Source: an uncultured virus (IMG/VR IMGVR_UViG_3300032323_001292)
Lineage: Duplodnaviria > Heunggongvirae > Uroviricota > Caudoviricetes
IMG/VR virus record: IMGVR_UViG_3300032323_001292
Length of the DNA: 64,000 nt
Strand: one strand, 5' to 3'
This document shows, piece after piece, positions 38,885-48,906 of the stretch. Under the pieces are notes generated by a model that saw only the letters and a program-made list of their open reading frames with translations, was not told where the DNA came from and did no database searches. The translations under genes and the position numbers were made by a program. Numbering within the stretch: the stretch's first letter is position 1; each line of letters opens with the position of its first letter.

Positions 38885-41377
38885 ATGGCAAAATACGGTC
38901 GAGATTATTACGGTATAGGTTTTTACGGTCCATTTACAGTAAGTGACTTTAATGCCTATCCTTTTACAGCCTTTCCTTCTGGGTATGGTCGTATCTCTTT
39001 GTCATGGACTAATCCTACTGGTAACTGGTCTCAAATTAGGGTAATTAGAAATTCATATGGTTTTCCCACTAGTGCAGCCGATGGAATTGTTATAGTTGAT
39101 TCTTTTGTTAACTCAGCTCCTACTGAATATGTAGACGCTGGAGATATTATAGATGGAGAAGTGCAATTTTTAACTGAAGGTAAGTTTTACTATTACAGTG
39201 TATTTGTAAGAGAAAACATTAATTTTACATGGTTAAGAGCAGCTAACGCTGTAGGTATTTCTGTTAAAGACTTTAATACTTCTAATGATTTATATGATTA
39301 TTTACCTGATTCTTATAAAGTGAATTCTTTAACTGGAGATGTTTTATCAGAAGCTGACAATTTATTTTTAAAAAACTTTTTAAAAATATTTGGTTTTGAA
39401 TATGATATTGAAAAAACTTATGCATTAAACTTTTTAGATTTATATAAGATAGATTCTTTACCCGGCCAACTTCTTCCACAAATGTTAGAACAATTTGGAG
39501 GATGCTTTGAGCCAGAGGTAGGGCTTAAGCAACAAAGAGTTTTATTAAGAAATTTATTTAATATTTACAAAGAAAAAGGCACTTATGATGGTTTACTAGC
39601 TTTTATAAAAAGTTTTAGTGGATACGACTCTATTGTTGAAAAGGGTAAAAATTTATTTCTTGATTACAACGACTCTTCTTTTGAAGAATCTATAGGAAAT
39701 TGGACAATATCTTCTGGAGGGACTTTAACACGATATATAGGTGACCCTTTAATAATAGAACCTTACGAAGTAACAGCCCCGGTTGGATATCCAAGTAGTG
39801 ACAACGGAATGCTTAGATTTACATCAACTGGTACTGGGTCTGTTTCGTTTACTTGTGGCGTTAATAATCCTATTACTAAAGGTATACCAGTAACTGAAGG
39901 TGAAACATACACATTTAGTATTTTTAGTGCTGCTAGTACAACCACAAGAAATATAAGATTAGGTATTCAATTTTATGACAGATTTGGTGTAGCTTTAGGA
40001 ACTTTACAACAGGGAGTTCCTGTATCAAATGCTACTTTAGCTTGGGACAGCCCAACCCTTAGACCTTTTGCAACAGCTATAGCTCCAACAGACGCGCATT
40101 ACGCAAGCGTTGCTGTAAATATTAGTAATACTGCAGTTAGTGAAGTCCATTATTTTGATGCCGCTCAATTTGAAGAGGCAATTTCTAAAACTGCTTTTGA
40201 AGACGCAAGAAGAATTAATATAACACTTAAAGCTAATAGAATTAATGAAATTACAAACCCTTCTTTTACTCTTTCATCTAGTCCTTGGGTTGCAACAAAT
40301 GCGGCTTTAACTTTAGACTCTTCAAAACCAGGAGTAGATATTAGAGAGTTTGTTGTTGTAAACAAAGAATTAAGTTCTAATACAGCTACTTTAACAGTAA
40401 GTGATTCTTATCTTCCTATATTTATTGGAGATAATATAGTTGTTTCCGGAGTTGGCTCTCCATTTGATGGGGCATATGTTGTTACAGCTTCAGACCCTAT
40501 TGGTAAAACTGTTTCTTACGCTAAAGTAAACGCTCCTATTTCAAGCACTGCTGTATCTCCAAGTGGACTTGTTTCCATCGCAGGAGATTCTTTAAAAGTT
40601 ACCCCTTCTGGGTCTTCTTTAGTATCGGTAGTAGGGCACACATCAACTGCTAATTATTTTAATGTTCTTGCTGATAATGATTATACTTTTAGTGTTTACG
40701 TAGAGCCAGAAACAGCCAGTGAATTAGTTACTGCTTCTATAAGCTGGTATACGAGTTCAAACACTTTAATTTCAACAGTTAACGGATTGCCAACTCAATG
40801 CCCACCTACATATAATATTACACAAGCTGTTTTAAGTGGAAACATAGCAACTATAACTTTAAATGAACCTTACGAATTTTTAAACTATGCTGGTAACGAT
40901 AAATCTTATATTTTAGTTAGTGGATTAGGTTCTCCATATGATGGTACTTGGGAAATATCTTCTATTTTAAATAACACGGTTAGTTATGCTAGAGTTAATA
41001 CAAATATAGCTTTAGCTACAGTAAGTGGAACTGCTTCCCCAGTTGGGATTTGGTACAGAGTTTCAACAACTGATACTGCCCCATCTAACGCTGCAAAAGC
41101 GTCTGTGAGATTAAGTTGGACACCTTCTACCTCCGGAGCTGTGGTTTATTTAGAAGATGCTTTGTTTGAAAAAGCTTCATTTGTTTTAGATTATTTTGAT
41201 GGGTCTCGAAGTGGTCAAGAAGATTCTCTTTCACTTATTTGGGAAGGGGCTGTAGAAGCCTCAAGAAGCCATTTTTATAAAAATAAATTTGCTGTAGAGG
41301 ATAGGTTAAAAAGAGAAATAAGTAAAAATATATTACTTGGTTCTACTTTTGCCCTATATTTTGCTCAACCAGACTAG
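38885..41377 (+). CDS. Baseplate wedge/tail protein with carbohydrate-binding-like domains
   Basis: LYDYLP, IYKEKGT..GL..F (gpI-like); NPSF/YTFS.Y/YFDAAQFE CBM-like repeats. Confidence 0.65.
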   Translation: MAKYGRDYYGIGFYGPFTVSDFNAYPFTAFPSGYGRISLSWTNPTGNWSQIRVIRNSYGFPTSAADGIVIVDSFVNSAPTEYVDAGDIIDGEVQFLTEGKFYYYSVFVRENINFTWLRAANAVGISVKDFNTSNDLYDYLPDSYKVNSLTGDVLSEADNLFLKNFLKIFGFEYDIEKTYALNFLDLYKIDSLPGQLLPQMLEQFGGCFEPEVGLKQQRVLLRNLFNIYKEKGTYDGLLAFIKSFSGYDSIVEKGKNLFLDYNDSSFEESIGNWTISSGGTLTRYIGDPLIIEPYEVTAPVGYPSSDNGMLRFTSTGTGSVSFTCGVNNPITKGIPVTEGETYTFSIFSAASTTTRNIRLGIQFYDRFGVALGTLQQGVPVSNATLAWDSPTLRPFATAIAPTDAHYASVAVNISNTAVSEVHYFDAAQFEEAISKTAFEDARRINITLKANRINEITNPSFTLSSSPWVATNAALTLDSSKPGVDIREFVVVNKELSSNTATLTVSDSYLPIFIGDNIVVSGVGSPFDGAYVVTASDPIGKTVSYAKVNAPISSTAVSPSGLVSIAGDSLKVTPSGSSLVSVVGHTSTANYFNVLADNDYTFSVYVEPETASELVTASISWYTSSNTLISTVNGLPTQCPPTYNITQAVLSGNIATITLNEPYEFLNYAGNDKSYILVSGLGSPYDGTWEISSILNNTVSYARVNTNIALATVSGTASPVGIWYRVSTTDTAPSNAAKASVRLSWTPSTSGAVVYLEDALFEKASFVLDYFDGSRSGQEDSLSLIWEGAVEASRSHFYKNKFAVEDRLKREISKNILLGSTFALYFAQPD

Positions 41378-41392
41378 TAGTACTATAGAAGT

Positions 41393-41656
41393 ATGTTAGA
41401 ACTAATATTATCTGCTTGCTTTGCAGCTTTCTTTTTAGCTGTAATAGAACAACTAATTGATTTAAGGATTTATAGAGCTATTGCTGCTCTTGCTTTATCT
41501 GCAGTAGGGGTTGGTTTAACAGGGGTTACCTCTATACCTTTGTTTATAGTTACTACCTTTGCTAGTGGGTTCTTATCCCCTTTCTTGGTTGTACTAGCCG
41601 ATAGCATTACCTCCTATAGACCCGCCGTTACCCAACCAACTCGACTAGACCGCTGA
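41393..41656 (+). CDS. Small membrane protein (holin-like?)
   Basis: 87 aa with about three hydrophobic segments at end of the tail module. Confidence 0.5.
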   Translation: MLELILSACFAAFFLAVIEQLIDLRIYRAIAALALSAVGVGLTGVTSIPLFIVTTFASGFLSPFLVVLADSITSYRPAVTQPTRLDR

Positions 41657-41686
41657 GGTTGATATAGTCTTGGTCTAGGAGGGCCA

Positions 41687-42280
41687 ATGACTTACTACGT
41701 AATCGTTGCAGGAAACGGGAAAACATCTCGTACAAATATCGAAGTACTTTTAGAAGACCACTACCATGCAGAAGGTGATGGTGGGGTTTTAGTTTTACCT
41801 TATGAAAAACATCCAAGTGAAGGTCAAACTTGGGCTTCTCAATTAGCTAAAGATAAAAACAAAGAAGTAGTTGTAATAGATAAACCTAATGCTATTAAAG
41901 AAGCTTTAAAAACAGTTAAAGGTTCAAAAGCAGCAGCGTTTTTACTATGGAACGATGAAGACGAAGATTGTCTTAACGTTTTATCAGAATGTAATGATGC
42001 TGGAGTTCCTTCTTTTGATTTAACTGATGGGTTAATCCAAATTAATACTAAAGGGTCTTTAAAGGTAGAAGAAAGACCTCAACCACCTATTCAAGAACAA
42101 CTATCTATGGAAGTACCAAAGCACATAGATTTTAATGTAGAAGAAGATGAAGACGAAGATGACGAAGATGAAGAATATGAGATTGATGAAGTCGATTCTT
42201 TATATATTGCATTAGATGAAATAGCAAGAGTATTTGCAACTATGGTCGTTACTCACGTTAAGGACCAACTTAAGAAATGA
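41687..42280 (+). CDS. Hypothetical protein with acidic tract
   Basis: 197 aa, GGAGG RBS. Confidence 0.7.
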   Translation: MTYYVIVAGNGKTSRTNIEVLLEDHYHAEGDGGVLVLPYEKHPSEGQTWASQLAKDKNKEVVVIDKPNAIKEALKTVKGSKAAAFLLWNDEDEDCLNVLSECNDAGVPSFDLTDGLIQINTKGSLKVEERPQPPIQEQLSMEVPKHIDFNVEEDEDEDDEDEEYEIDEVDSLYIALDEIARVFATMVVTHVKDQLKK

Positions 42281-43134
42281 TGTCATTGAGTGCACTTGGA
42301 TTATTGACTTATTTAAAAAATAACCCAAATGTAAACATAAGCGCACGTTCTTTAGCAAAGGTTCTTAAAGAGGGTAGGTGTGCTATTACCACGGCTATTA
42401 ATGAACTAAAAGCTTTAGGATTACTTGAGTATAAAGTTCAAAATATAAATGGAAACCCTGTAGGAGTAAATACATGGGTAGTGGTTGAAAATCAGCCAAG
42501 GGTGGCTGAAAATCAACCGGGGTGGTTGAAAACCGAGCCACTGTTATCACTGAATATGCTAACTAATACTAGTTCTAAACATATAAATATATTAGGTCTT
42601 TATTCGGACGGAGTCCGAATGGAGGAAGGGAATGAGATGGGATATAAATTCTTTTCTAATAATTCGGAAGATGAATTTGAAAAAGAAGTTAAAGAGGCTA
42701 ACCAAAAGTTAAAGGCTCAAAAGAAGAAAGAGTTTAATGCAGCCAAAAAAGCTAAACAAGAAAAAGCAAAATACAACCGTGCCAATAAACCAGTTAAAGA
42801 CTGGAGTCCACAGGATTGTGCTTATGAGTTTGCTCGCCGTATAGAAGAACTTTGGAACATATCTCCCATTTCTCTTACAGAAAGTAATTTTATTCCGGCT
42901 TTAGCTGGGGCTAGAGTTAAGAACGACACCAATGGGGAACTTGAGGTTGAAATGATGAACATATTTTTTAGTAGTCTTACAGATGGAAAGTACTCAGATG
43001 GAAATATTCTTTGGAGAATGTTTATATCAAGATTCTCTGCACTTGCGGCACAGGCTAAAACTAGGATACATTCCGAAGACGAGATACAGAAAGCCAAAGA
43101 GCAGTCTGCTAAATCATGGGAAGGAATCCTTTAA
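42277..43134 (+). CDS. Putative replication initiator (N-terminal winged HTH)
   Basis: LSALGLL.YL...SARSLA....EGR.AI..AI.ELK..G; upstream of DnaC-like ATPase; internal iteron-like repeats. Confidence 0.6.
   Translation: MMSLSALGLLTYLKNNPNVNISARSLAKVLKEGRCAITTAINELKALGLLEYKVQNINGNPVGVNTWVVVENQPRVAENQPGWLKTEPLLSLNMLTNTSSKHINILGLYSDGVRMEEGNEMGYKFFSNNSEDEFEKEVKEANQKLKAQKKKEFNAAKKAKQEKAKYNRANKPVKDWSPQDCAYEFARRIEELWNISPISLTESNFIPALAGARVKNDTNGELEVEMMNIFFSSLTDGKYSDGNILWRMFISRFSALAAQAKTRIHSEDEIQKAKEQSAKSWEGIL
42481..42539. repeat. Three tandem quasi-palindromic repeats (iteron-like)
   Basis: GTGGTTGAAAATCAGCC (42481), GTGGCTGAAAATCAACC (42502), GTGGTTGAAAACCGAGCC (42522). Confidence 0.8.
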
Positions 43135-43823
43135 TGTTTAAGCCCGAGGACCTTAAGGTTCGTAGAAGGTCTTGGATTCAACTAGCCAACATTCCTTGGA
43201 AAAGAGTTGGGTGGGGATTAGAAGACTGTACAGACGCCCCATTAGAGGTCCTAAATGGCCTAAAATCGTGGATTTCGCGAGTCAGTGAAGGTAGGGTCAT
43301 TAAAGAGGCCTCAGACCGTCTCTGTGGCCGTGGAATTCTTTTATACGGGGCTCCGGGTAGAGGAAAGACTACTTTGGCGCTTTCTGTCATTCAAGAGATG
43401 CTTAAAGAACTACCTCTAGCCTCTTTTAAACCAGGTGAAGGAAAAGTTTTAGTTCGTCCTTGCTACTTCATAACTTATAACGACGTATTAAACTTAAAAG
43501 GTAAAGATATACAAAACGACTTGACCGAAAGTGAAGATGTTTTACTTGCCGGTTTGTTTGGTGAAGCAGAAGATGATGCTTACAACATCAGAGTTTTAGT
43601 TCTTGACGACGTTGGTAAAGAACACGTTTCAAAACACTCAGAGTGGCAGAAGTCTATGCTCCACCATTTACTTAGAACTCGTTTTAACAACGGCTTGCCT
43701 ACTATCGTTACAACCAACGCTTCACTAGATAATTGGGCTAGCCTATATGGTGACGCTACAGAAAGTTTTGCAAGAGAAGCGTTTTCATATTTAGTCGTAG
43801 ACGGCAGTGATTTAAGAAAATGA
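43134..43823 (+). CDS. DnaC/IstB-like AAA+ ATPase (helicase loader)
   Basis: GAPGRGKT, LVLDDVGKE, R...GLPTIVTTN. Confidence 0.88.
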   Translation: MFKPEDLKVRRRSWIQLANIPWKRVGWGLEDCTDAPLEVLNGLKSWISRVSEGRVIKEASDRLCGRGILLYGAPGRGKTTLALSVIQEMLKELPLASFKPGEGKVLVRPCYFITYNDVLNLKGKDIQNDLTESEDVLLAGLFGEAEDDAYNIRVLVLDDVGKEHVSKHSEWQKSMLHHLLRTRFNNGLPTIVTTNASLDNWASLYGDATESFAREAFSYLVVDGSDLRK

Positions 43824-44134
43824 GAGGTAAGTACGTGGACGAAGACTCACGCTTAGTTCAAGTTTTTTTAAGTCAAACTCAATCACCAGGCCCTAACATT
43901 CACGAAGTTAGTGTAAAAGAAAATGGTAGTCTTTTCTGCACTTGCCCAGGATTCCAAGGAAGGCTAACCTGTAAACATGTCAAATTTGTTAAAGCAAGAA
44001 TTGACAACAACAACGGAACTTATCCTTTGGAAATCTCCAACAGAGCAACTGATGATGAAGCCTTTAAAGCCAAAGAATCAAATAGTGCTTTTAGAGAATT
44101 CGTTATCAAGTTTGGAAAAATCGAGGTCTTTTAA
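43820..44134 (+). CDS. SWIM zinc-finger protein
   Basis: CTCPGF.....CKHV. Confidence 0.75.
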   Translation: MRGKYVDEDSRLVQVFLSQTQSPGPNIHEVSVKENGSLFCTCPGFQGRLTCKHVKFVKARIDNNNGTYPLEISNRATDDEAFKAKESNSAFREFVIKFGKIEVF

Positions 44135-44137
44135 TTC

Positions 44138-44545
44138 GTGTATAAAGGGGACTTAAGTAACGAATTACCTAAAAGGGTAATAGTCGTTATGGATGTATTT
44201 ACAAACGTTGAACCTAGAATTAAAAAAATTCTTAGGTTAATACCAGTGTCAGACGAAGAAATATCTTATGACCGTCAAATACTTAGCAAACTTTATTTAT
44301 TTGCTGACCGTAAAGGTTACACTTTAGAATTAGCTTCATTTGATAAAAACGCTAAACAATTACAAAAAGAAATAGAACTTATAGATGAGCAGGGTACTAA
44401 TCCTTTTAGATACGTTACCCCTTACAAATCTGTCAATCACCTAGTTAACGAATTGCCCTATAGACCAGAGGTTGTAGGTGTGTTAGATTTACCTGATAGG
44501 CTTCTAAGATATGGACATTGGGGAATGGACTACTCACAGATATGA
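44138..44545 (+). CDS. Hypothetical protein (replication module)
   Basis: 135 aa, GTG start. Confidence 0.65.
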   Translation: MYKGDLSNELPKRVIVVMDVFTNVEPRIKKILRLIPVSDEEISYDRQILSKLYLFADRKGYTLELASFDKNAKQLQKEIELIDEQGTNPFRYVTPYKSVNHLVNELPYRPEVVGVLDLPDRLLRYGHWGMDYSQI

Positions 44546-45774
44546 ACAATGAGACTCGTTTAATAAATAAAGCAATAAAGGATAGAAACTTAACACCTTT
44601 ATTTTCTAGAGGAGTTAACGAAAAGTGGTTTTCAGAAGAAGATGATAGAAGACTGTGGCTATTTGCCAGAGAACATTTTTCTAAATATGGAGAGTCTCCA
44701 AGCCTAGAGGTAGTATCAGCTAATTTTCCAACTTACAAATTTGTAGAAGTACAAGATTCAATTGATTATTTAATTGACGACATAATTAACATTAGAAGAA
44801 AGTTTGCTACTTCTTCTATGATTCAAGATGCTATTCAAAGTATTGAAAAGAAAAAAGACCACGAAGATGCTTTATTAGTTTTACAACGAGGTTTAATTAA
44901 ATTAGAAGAAGATGGTCTAACGTTAAGTTCTGACGTAGACATTACTTCTGACCCAGACCGCCGGTGGGATGAATATCAAGAGCGCAAACTACTCCCCAAT
45001 GGTTTACGCGGCATCCCTACCGGCTTCCCAACTATTGATAAAGCAACTAGTGGCTTACAGAATGGGCAGCTTATTGTTATCGTTGCTCCACCTAAAGTTG
45101 GTAAATCAACTCTTGCAATGCAGATTGCTCACAACGTTCATTACTATTCACAAAAGACTCCAATGTTTCAGTCATTTGAAATGAGTAATTTAGAACAAGA
45201 AAATAGATACGATGCAATGAGGGCTAAACTTTCACATCAAAGATTATTAACAGGAACTTTAACTTCAGAAGAAGAATCACGATACAAAGCAGTCCTTAAC
45301 AGACTAAAAGAAGAGAAACAAAAGTTTTGGTTAGTAGATTCTGCAGCAGGTTCTACCGTGTCAGGTATTGCTAGCAAGATTCAAACACTTCAACCACATG
45401 TAGTTTTTATTGATGGCGTATACCTAATGATGGATGAGCAATCAGGAGAATCAAATACTGCTCAAGCCCTTACTAACATAACTCGTTCACTTAAAAAAGT
45501 AGCACAGAGATTCCAACGTCCTATAATTATTACTACCCAAGTTCTTAATTGGAAAATGAAAAAAGGCAACGTAACAGCAGATTCAATTGGTTATTCATCT
45601 TCATTCTTACAAGACGCTGACGTATTACTAGGTCTTCAAAAAGAAGATGAGAATGTAGAAGACACTCGTTTATTAAAAGTTATTGCAAGCCGTAACTCAG
45701 GTCCCGCAGAAGTATCGCTTTTATGGGATTGGAACGAAGCTCAGTTTAGAGAGATTGACGAAACAGATTTATGA
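44542..45774 (+). CDS. dnaB: DnaB-like replicative helicase
   Basis: GIPTGF..ID..TSGL..GQLIVI.APPKVGKS, SFEMS, FIDGVYLM, QDAD, SRN. Confidence 0.92.
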   Translation: MNNETRLINKAIKDRNLTPLFSRGVNEKWFSEEDDRRLWLFAREHFSKYGESPSLEVVSANFPTYKFVEVQDSIDYLIDDIINIRRKFATSSMIQDAIQSIEKKKDHEDALLVLQRGLIKLEEDGLTLSSDVDITSDPDRRWDEYQERKLLPNGLRGIPTGFPTIDKATSGLQNGQLIVIVAPPKVGKSTLAMQIAHNVHYYSQKTPMFQSFEMSNLEQENRYDAMRAKLSHQRLLTGTLTSEEESRYKAVLNRLKEEKQKFWLVDSAAGSTVSGIASKIQTLQPHVVFIDGVYLMMDEQSGESNTAQALTNITRSLKKVAQRFQRPIIITTQVLNWKMKKGNVTADSIGYSSSFLQDADVLLGLQKEDENVEDTRLLKVIASRNSGPAEVSLLWDWNEAQFREIDETDL

Positions 45775-46715
45775 CCTTAGAACAAATGGAAACAATACTA
45801 GGACGTTTAGGTATTGAAGTTGTAAATGTTAGAGGTTCAGAAATTCAATCATATTGCCCTGCTCATAAAGAGCGCACTGGGAAAGACGACCGTAATCCTT
45901 CTTGGTATATAAATTTTGAAACTGGAGCACACATTTGTTTTTCTTGCGATTACCGAGGAAGTCTATATAGCCTTACTGCTTACTTAAAAGATATGAAAGA
46001 TAATTTTGGATTTTTTGATTATGGACAAGCTAAAGAGTGGTTAGAAATACCAGAAGATTTATCTACTGTTTGGGAAAGAACTACTAAAGTTACAGTAGAA
46101 CCAGAGACTCCAAAAATTACTGAAGCTGCTTTAAAAGCTTTTGTTAACCCACCTATTGAAGCATTAAAAGCTAGAGGATTAACTTTAGAGTCTGCAATTA
46201 AATATGAGATTCTTTGGGACAGTAATAAAAGCAATTGGATTATTCCTATAAGAGACCCATATACAAAAGAATTAATGGGTTGGCAAGAAAAAGGTTTTAC
46301 AAATAGATTTTTTAAAAACTTTCCAACGGGAATAGTAAAGAGCGACGCCTTGTTTGGGTTTAAACAGCTTGATGGTGAAAGAGTTATAGTTGTTGAATCT
46401 CCTTTAGATGTTGTAAGACTTGATTCAGTAGGTATAACGGGAGGGGTTGCCGTGTTTGGTGCAATCATTTCTAATCAACAAGTAAAACTTATTAAAAGCG
46501 CTAAACAAATATTTATGGCTATGGATAATGACGAGGCTGGTAAAAAGTCTTCAGTACAAATGCTAAAGCTTGCTAAAGAAAAAGGTTTTGAAGTTTGGTT
46601 TTTTAATTACGATGGTATTGATGTTAAAGACGTTGGGGCTATGAGTAAGGCAGAAATACTACAGGGATTAGAAACAGCACGTCATTCATTGCATGGAGAG
46701 AAAGCAATAGTATGA
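45771..46715 (+). CDS. dnaG: DNA primase (CHC2 zinc finger + TOPRIM)
   Basis: CPAH...CFSC; VVES.LD; DNDEAG. Confidence 0.88.
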   Translation: MTLEQMETILGRLGIEVVNVRGSEIQSYCPAHKERTGKDDRNPSWYINFETGAHICFSCDYRGSLYSLTAYLKDMKDNFGFFDYGQAKEWLEIPEDLSTVWERTTKVTVEPETPKITEAALKAFVNPPIEALKARGLTLESAIKYEILWDSNKSNWIIPIRDPYTKELMGWQEKGFTNRFFKNFPTGIVKSDALFGFKQLDGERVIVVESPLDVVRLDSVGITGGVAVFGAIISNQQVKLIKSAKQIFMAMDNDEAGKKSSVQMLKLAKEKGFEVWFFNYDGIDVKDVGAMSKAEILQGLETARHSLHGEKAIV

Positions 46716-48301
46716 GTTTTAAAGGAACTCTTCTTCCTTATCAACCAGAAGCTGTAGACAAAATGTGCCAAAGAACTAAGATGCTTGTTGCATACGATTT
46801 AGGTCTTGGTAAAACTGTTATAACTATTGCTGCTATTGAGCGGTTAATGGATGAAGGAAAAGTAAAAGAGCCTGGAATAGTCGTTTGCTTATCTAGTCTT
46901 AAATATCAATGGGCTAATCAAATTAAAAAATTTACTAATGATACTTCTAAAGCCATAGTCATAGATGGTTCTAAAGCAAAACGCCAGTCTCAATACCAAG
47001 AAGCGTATAACTGGAAAGAAACCAAAGTAGATTATGTAATTATGAATTATGAACAAGTGGTTAACGATTGGGATTTGATTAAAAAATTACCAAGAGGGTT
47101 TGTAGTATTAGATGAGGCTACTGCTATTAAGTCTTTTAGGTCTAAGCGCTCTAAGTACACCAAGCGTTTAGGAACTTCTCCATTTAAGTTTGCTCTTACA
47201 GGCACACCTATTGAGAATGGTAAACCAGAAGAGTTGTTTAGTATTATGCAGTTTGTAGATGCCGAGGTATTAGGAAGGTTTGATTTATTTGACCAAGCGT
47301 TTATTGTCCGTAATAACTGGGGCGGTGTTGAGCGTTATAGGAATCTTCCTACTCTTCATACTCGTCTTAGTACAGCTTGCGTACGAAAAGCTCAAAAAGA
47401 CCCGGACGTTGCCCCATACCTTCCAGACACTATCCATAATGACCCGCTTGTCGTCCCGTTCGACAGAAAAAGCGCAAAACTATACGAAAAAATAAAGACT
47501 GACCTTTTATACGATTTACAAGAAGCTCAAGATTTATTTGGTAGTTCTTTTAACATAATGTCTCATTACGGACTTGAATCTAAATCTGGTGGACCAGAAG
47601 ACGAGATGCGTGGAAAAATTATGTCTAAAATTGGTGCATTGAAAATGTTATGCTCACACCCAGACCTATTAAGAACCAGTGCTCAAAAGTTTAAACAAAT
47701 GAATGGTGAAGGCTCTTCTTACGCTAATGAGTTGTTTGAAAGCGGTTTATTAGAAGATATAAAAATTTCTAATAAATTAGAAACAATGACAGAATATGCT
47801 TTAGATTTTTTAGAACAAAATGACAACCATAAGGTTGTTATATTTGCTTCTTATGTAGATATGTTGGATAAGATTGCTGAGAAACTAGGGCCTAAAAGAT
47901 GTAGGCTTTATTCAGGAAAATTAGACGCTAAAACTAAAGAGGAAAATAAAATTGCGTTCAACGAAGATTCTTCTGTGCGTGTACTTATTTCTAGTGACGC
48001 TGGTGGTTACGGCGTCGATTTGCCTGCAGCTAATCTCCTCATAAATTACGACCTTCCTTGGTCATCAGGTTCGGCAGCTCAACGTAACGGCCGTATTAAA
48101 CGAGCATCTTCTACTTGGGAATCTATTGTTATTCAAGATTTACTTATGGGTGGCTCAATAGAAGTTAGACAACATGACATGCTTCAACAAAAGAATGCTG
48201 TTGCAAACGCCGTTATTGACGGAGAAGGTATAGATGACAAAGGCGGTGTTAAACTTACTGTACAAAGTTTAAGTAAGTTCTTACAAGGAGAGTCGGTTTA
48301 A
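46712..48301 (+). CDS. SNF2-family helicase
   Basis: DLGLGKT, LDEA, LTGTP.EN, DAGGYGVDL, QRNGRIKR. Confidence 0.92.
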   Translation: MSFKGTLLPYQPEAVDKMCQRTKMLVAYDLGLGKTVITIAAIERLMDEGKVKEPGIVVCLSSLKYQWANQIKKFTNDTSKAIVIDGSKAKRQSQYQEAYNWKETKVDYVIMNYEQVVNDWDLIKKLPRGFVVLDEATAIKSFRSKRSKYTKRLGTSPFKFALTGTPIENGKPEELFSIMQFVDAEVLGRFDLFDQAFIVRNNWGGVERYRNLPTLHTRLSTACVRKAQKDPDVAPYLPDTIHNDPLVVPFDRKSAKLYEKIKTDLLYDLQEAQDLFGSSFNIMSHYGLESKSGGPEDEMRGKIMSKIGALKMLCSHPDLLRTSAQKFKQMNGEGSSYANELFESGLLEDIKISNKLETMTEYALDFLEQNDNHKVVIFASYVDMLDKIAEKLGPKRCRLYSGKLDAKTKEENKIAFNEDSSVRVLISSDAGGYGVDLPAANLLINYDLPWSSGSAAQRNGRIKRASSTWESIVIQDLLMGGSIEVRQHDMLQQKNAVANAVIDGEGIDDKGGVKLTVQSLSKFLQGESV

Positions 48302-48522
48302 TGGAAGACTGGAAAGATTGTTCTGCAGAAGTGACCACAGCCAAATCTGATATAGCCATGGAGATTCAAAGGTACGCAGACCATTGCTTAAAAATAGGCC
48401 TATCAAACAACTTTGTTGCTGGGCTACATGTGGCTGCTGACATCGTTTTAAACGGCCTTCCAAAGGCAGAAGTGCCTTATCAAGAACCTATGTGGGCTAC
48501 AGAGCCACACAGCGCTCCCTAA
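48301..48522 (+). CDS. Hypothetical protein
   Basis: 73 aa, AAGGAG upstream. Confidence 0.55.
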   Translation: MEDWKDCSAEVTTAKSDIAMEIQRYADHCLKIGLSNNFVAGLHVAADIVLNGLPKAEVPYQEPMWATEPHSAP

Positions 48523-48541
48523 TTCCTATAACCTAGGGTGT

Positions 48542-48712
48542 ATGCCTAACGCCCCAAAAACCCCTACTCGCACTATTCGGGTAGCCGATGACCTATGGCA
48601 AGCTGTCCAATATAAGGCCGCTGCCGACGAACGCACTGTTACCAGTGTTATTATTGAGGCTTTAGAAAAATATTTAGCAGAAGACGTTGTGTACGAAGAG
48701 GATATTTTTTAA
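48542..48712 (+). CDS. Ribbon-helix-helix DNA-binding protein (56 aa)
   Basis: MPNAPKTPTRTIRVADDLWQAVQYKAAADERTVTSVIIEALEKYL; classic RHH pattern; not in ORF track. Confidence 0.75.
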   Translation: MPNAPKTPTRTIRVADDLWQAVQYKAAADERTVTSVIIEALEKYLAEDVVYEEDIF

Positions 48713-48849
48713 TGGGAAAACATTTAGATAAAATTGTTAAATCTTTAGAAATTAGAAAAAAGCATGTTCCTAAAAAGTCGGGCTATCATGTCCCAGGAAG
48801 CATGAATAAGAAAAAGACAGGATACCGAGGAAACACCGGAAAGCGATAG
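48712..48849 (+). CDS. Small basic protein (45 aa)
   Basis: TAATG-coupled MGKHLDKIVKSLEIRKKHVPKKSGYHVPGSMNKKKTGYRGNTGKR*. Confidence 0.55.
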   Translation: MGKHLDKIVKSLEIRKKHVPKKSGYHVPGSMNKKKTGYRGNTGKR

Positions 48850-48906
48850 TTGCATCTCCTTTTGGCTAGTGGTAAGTTATTCACGTAGCCTAGAAGGGGG
48901 TACAAG

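Noticed and set aside
46019..46468. 149-aa minus-strand ORF and other minus-strand ORFs in the track
   Set aside because: Antisense to well-supported genes with no recognisable motifs; the window is co-oriented on +
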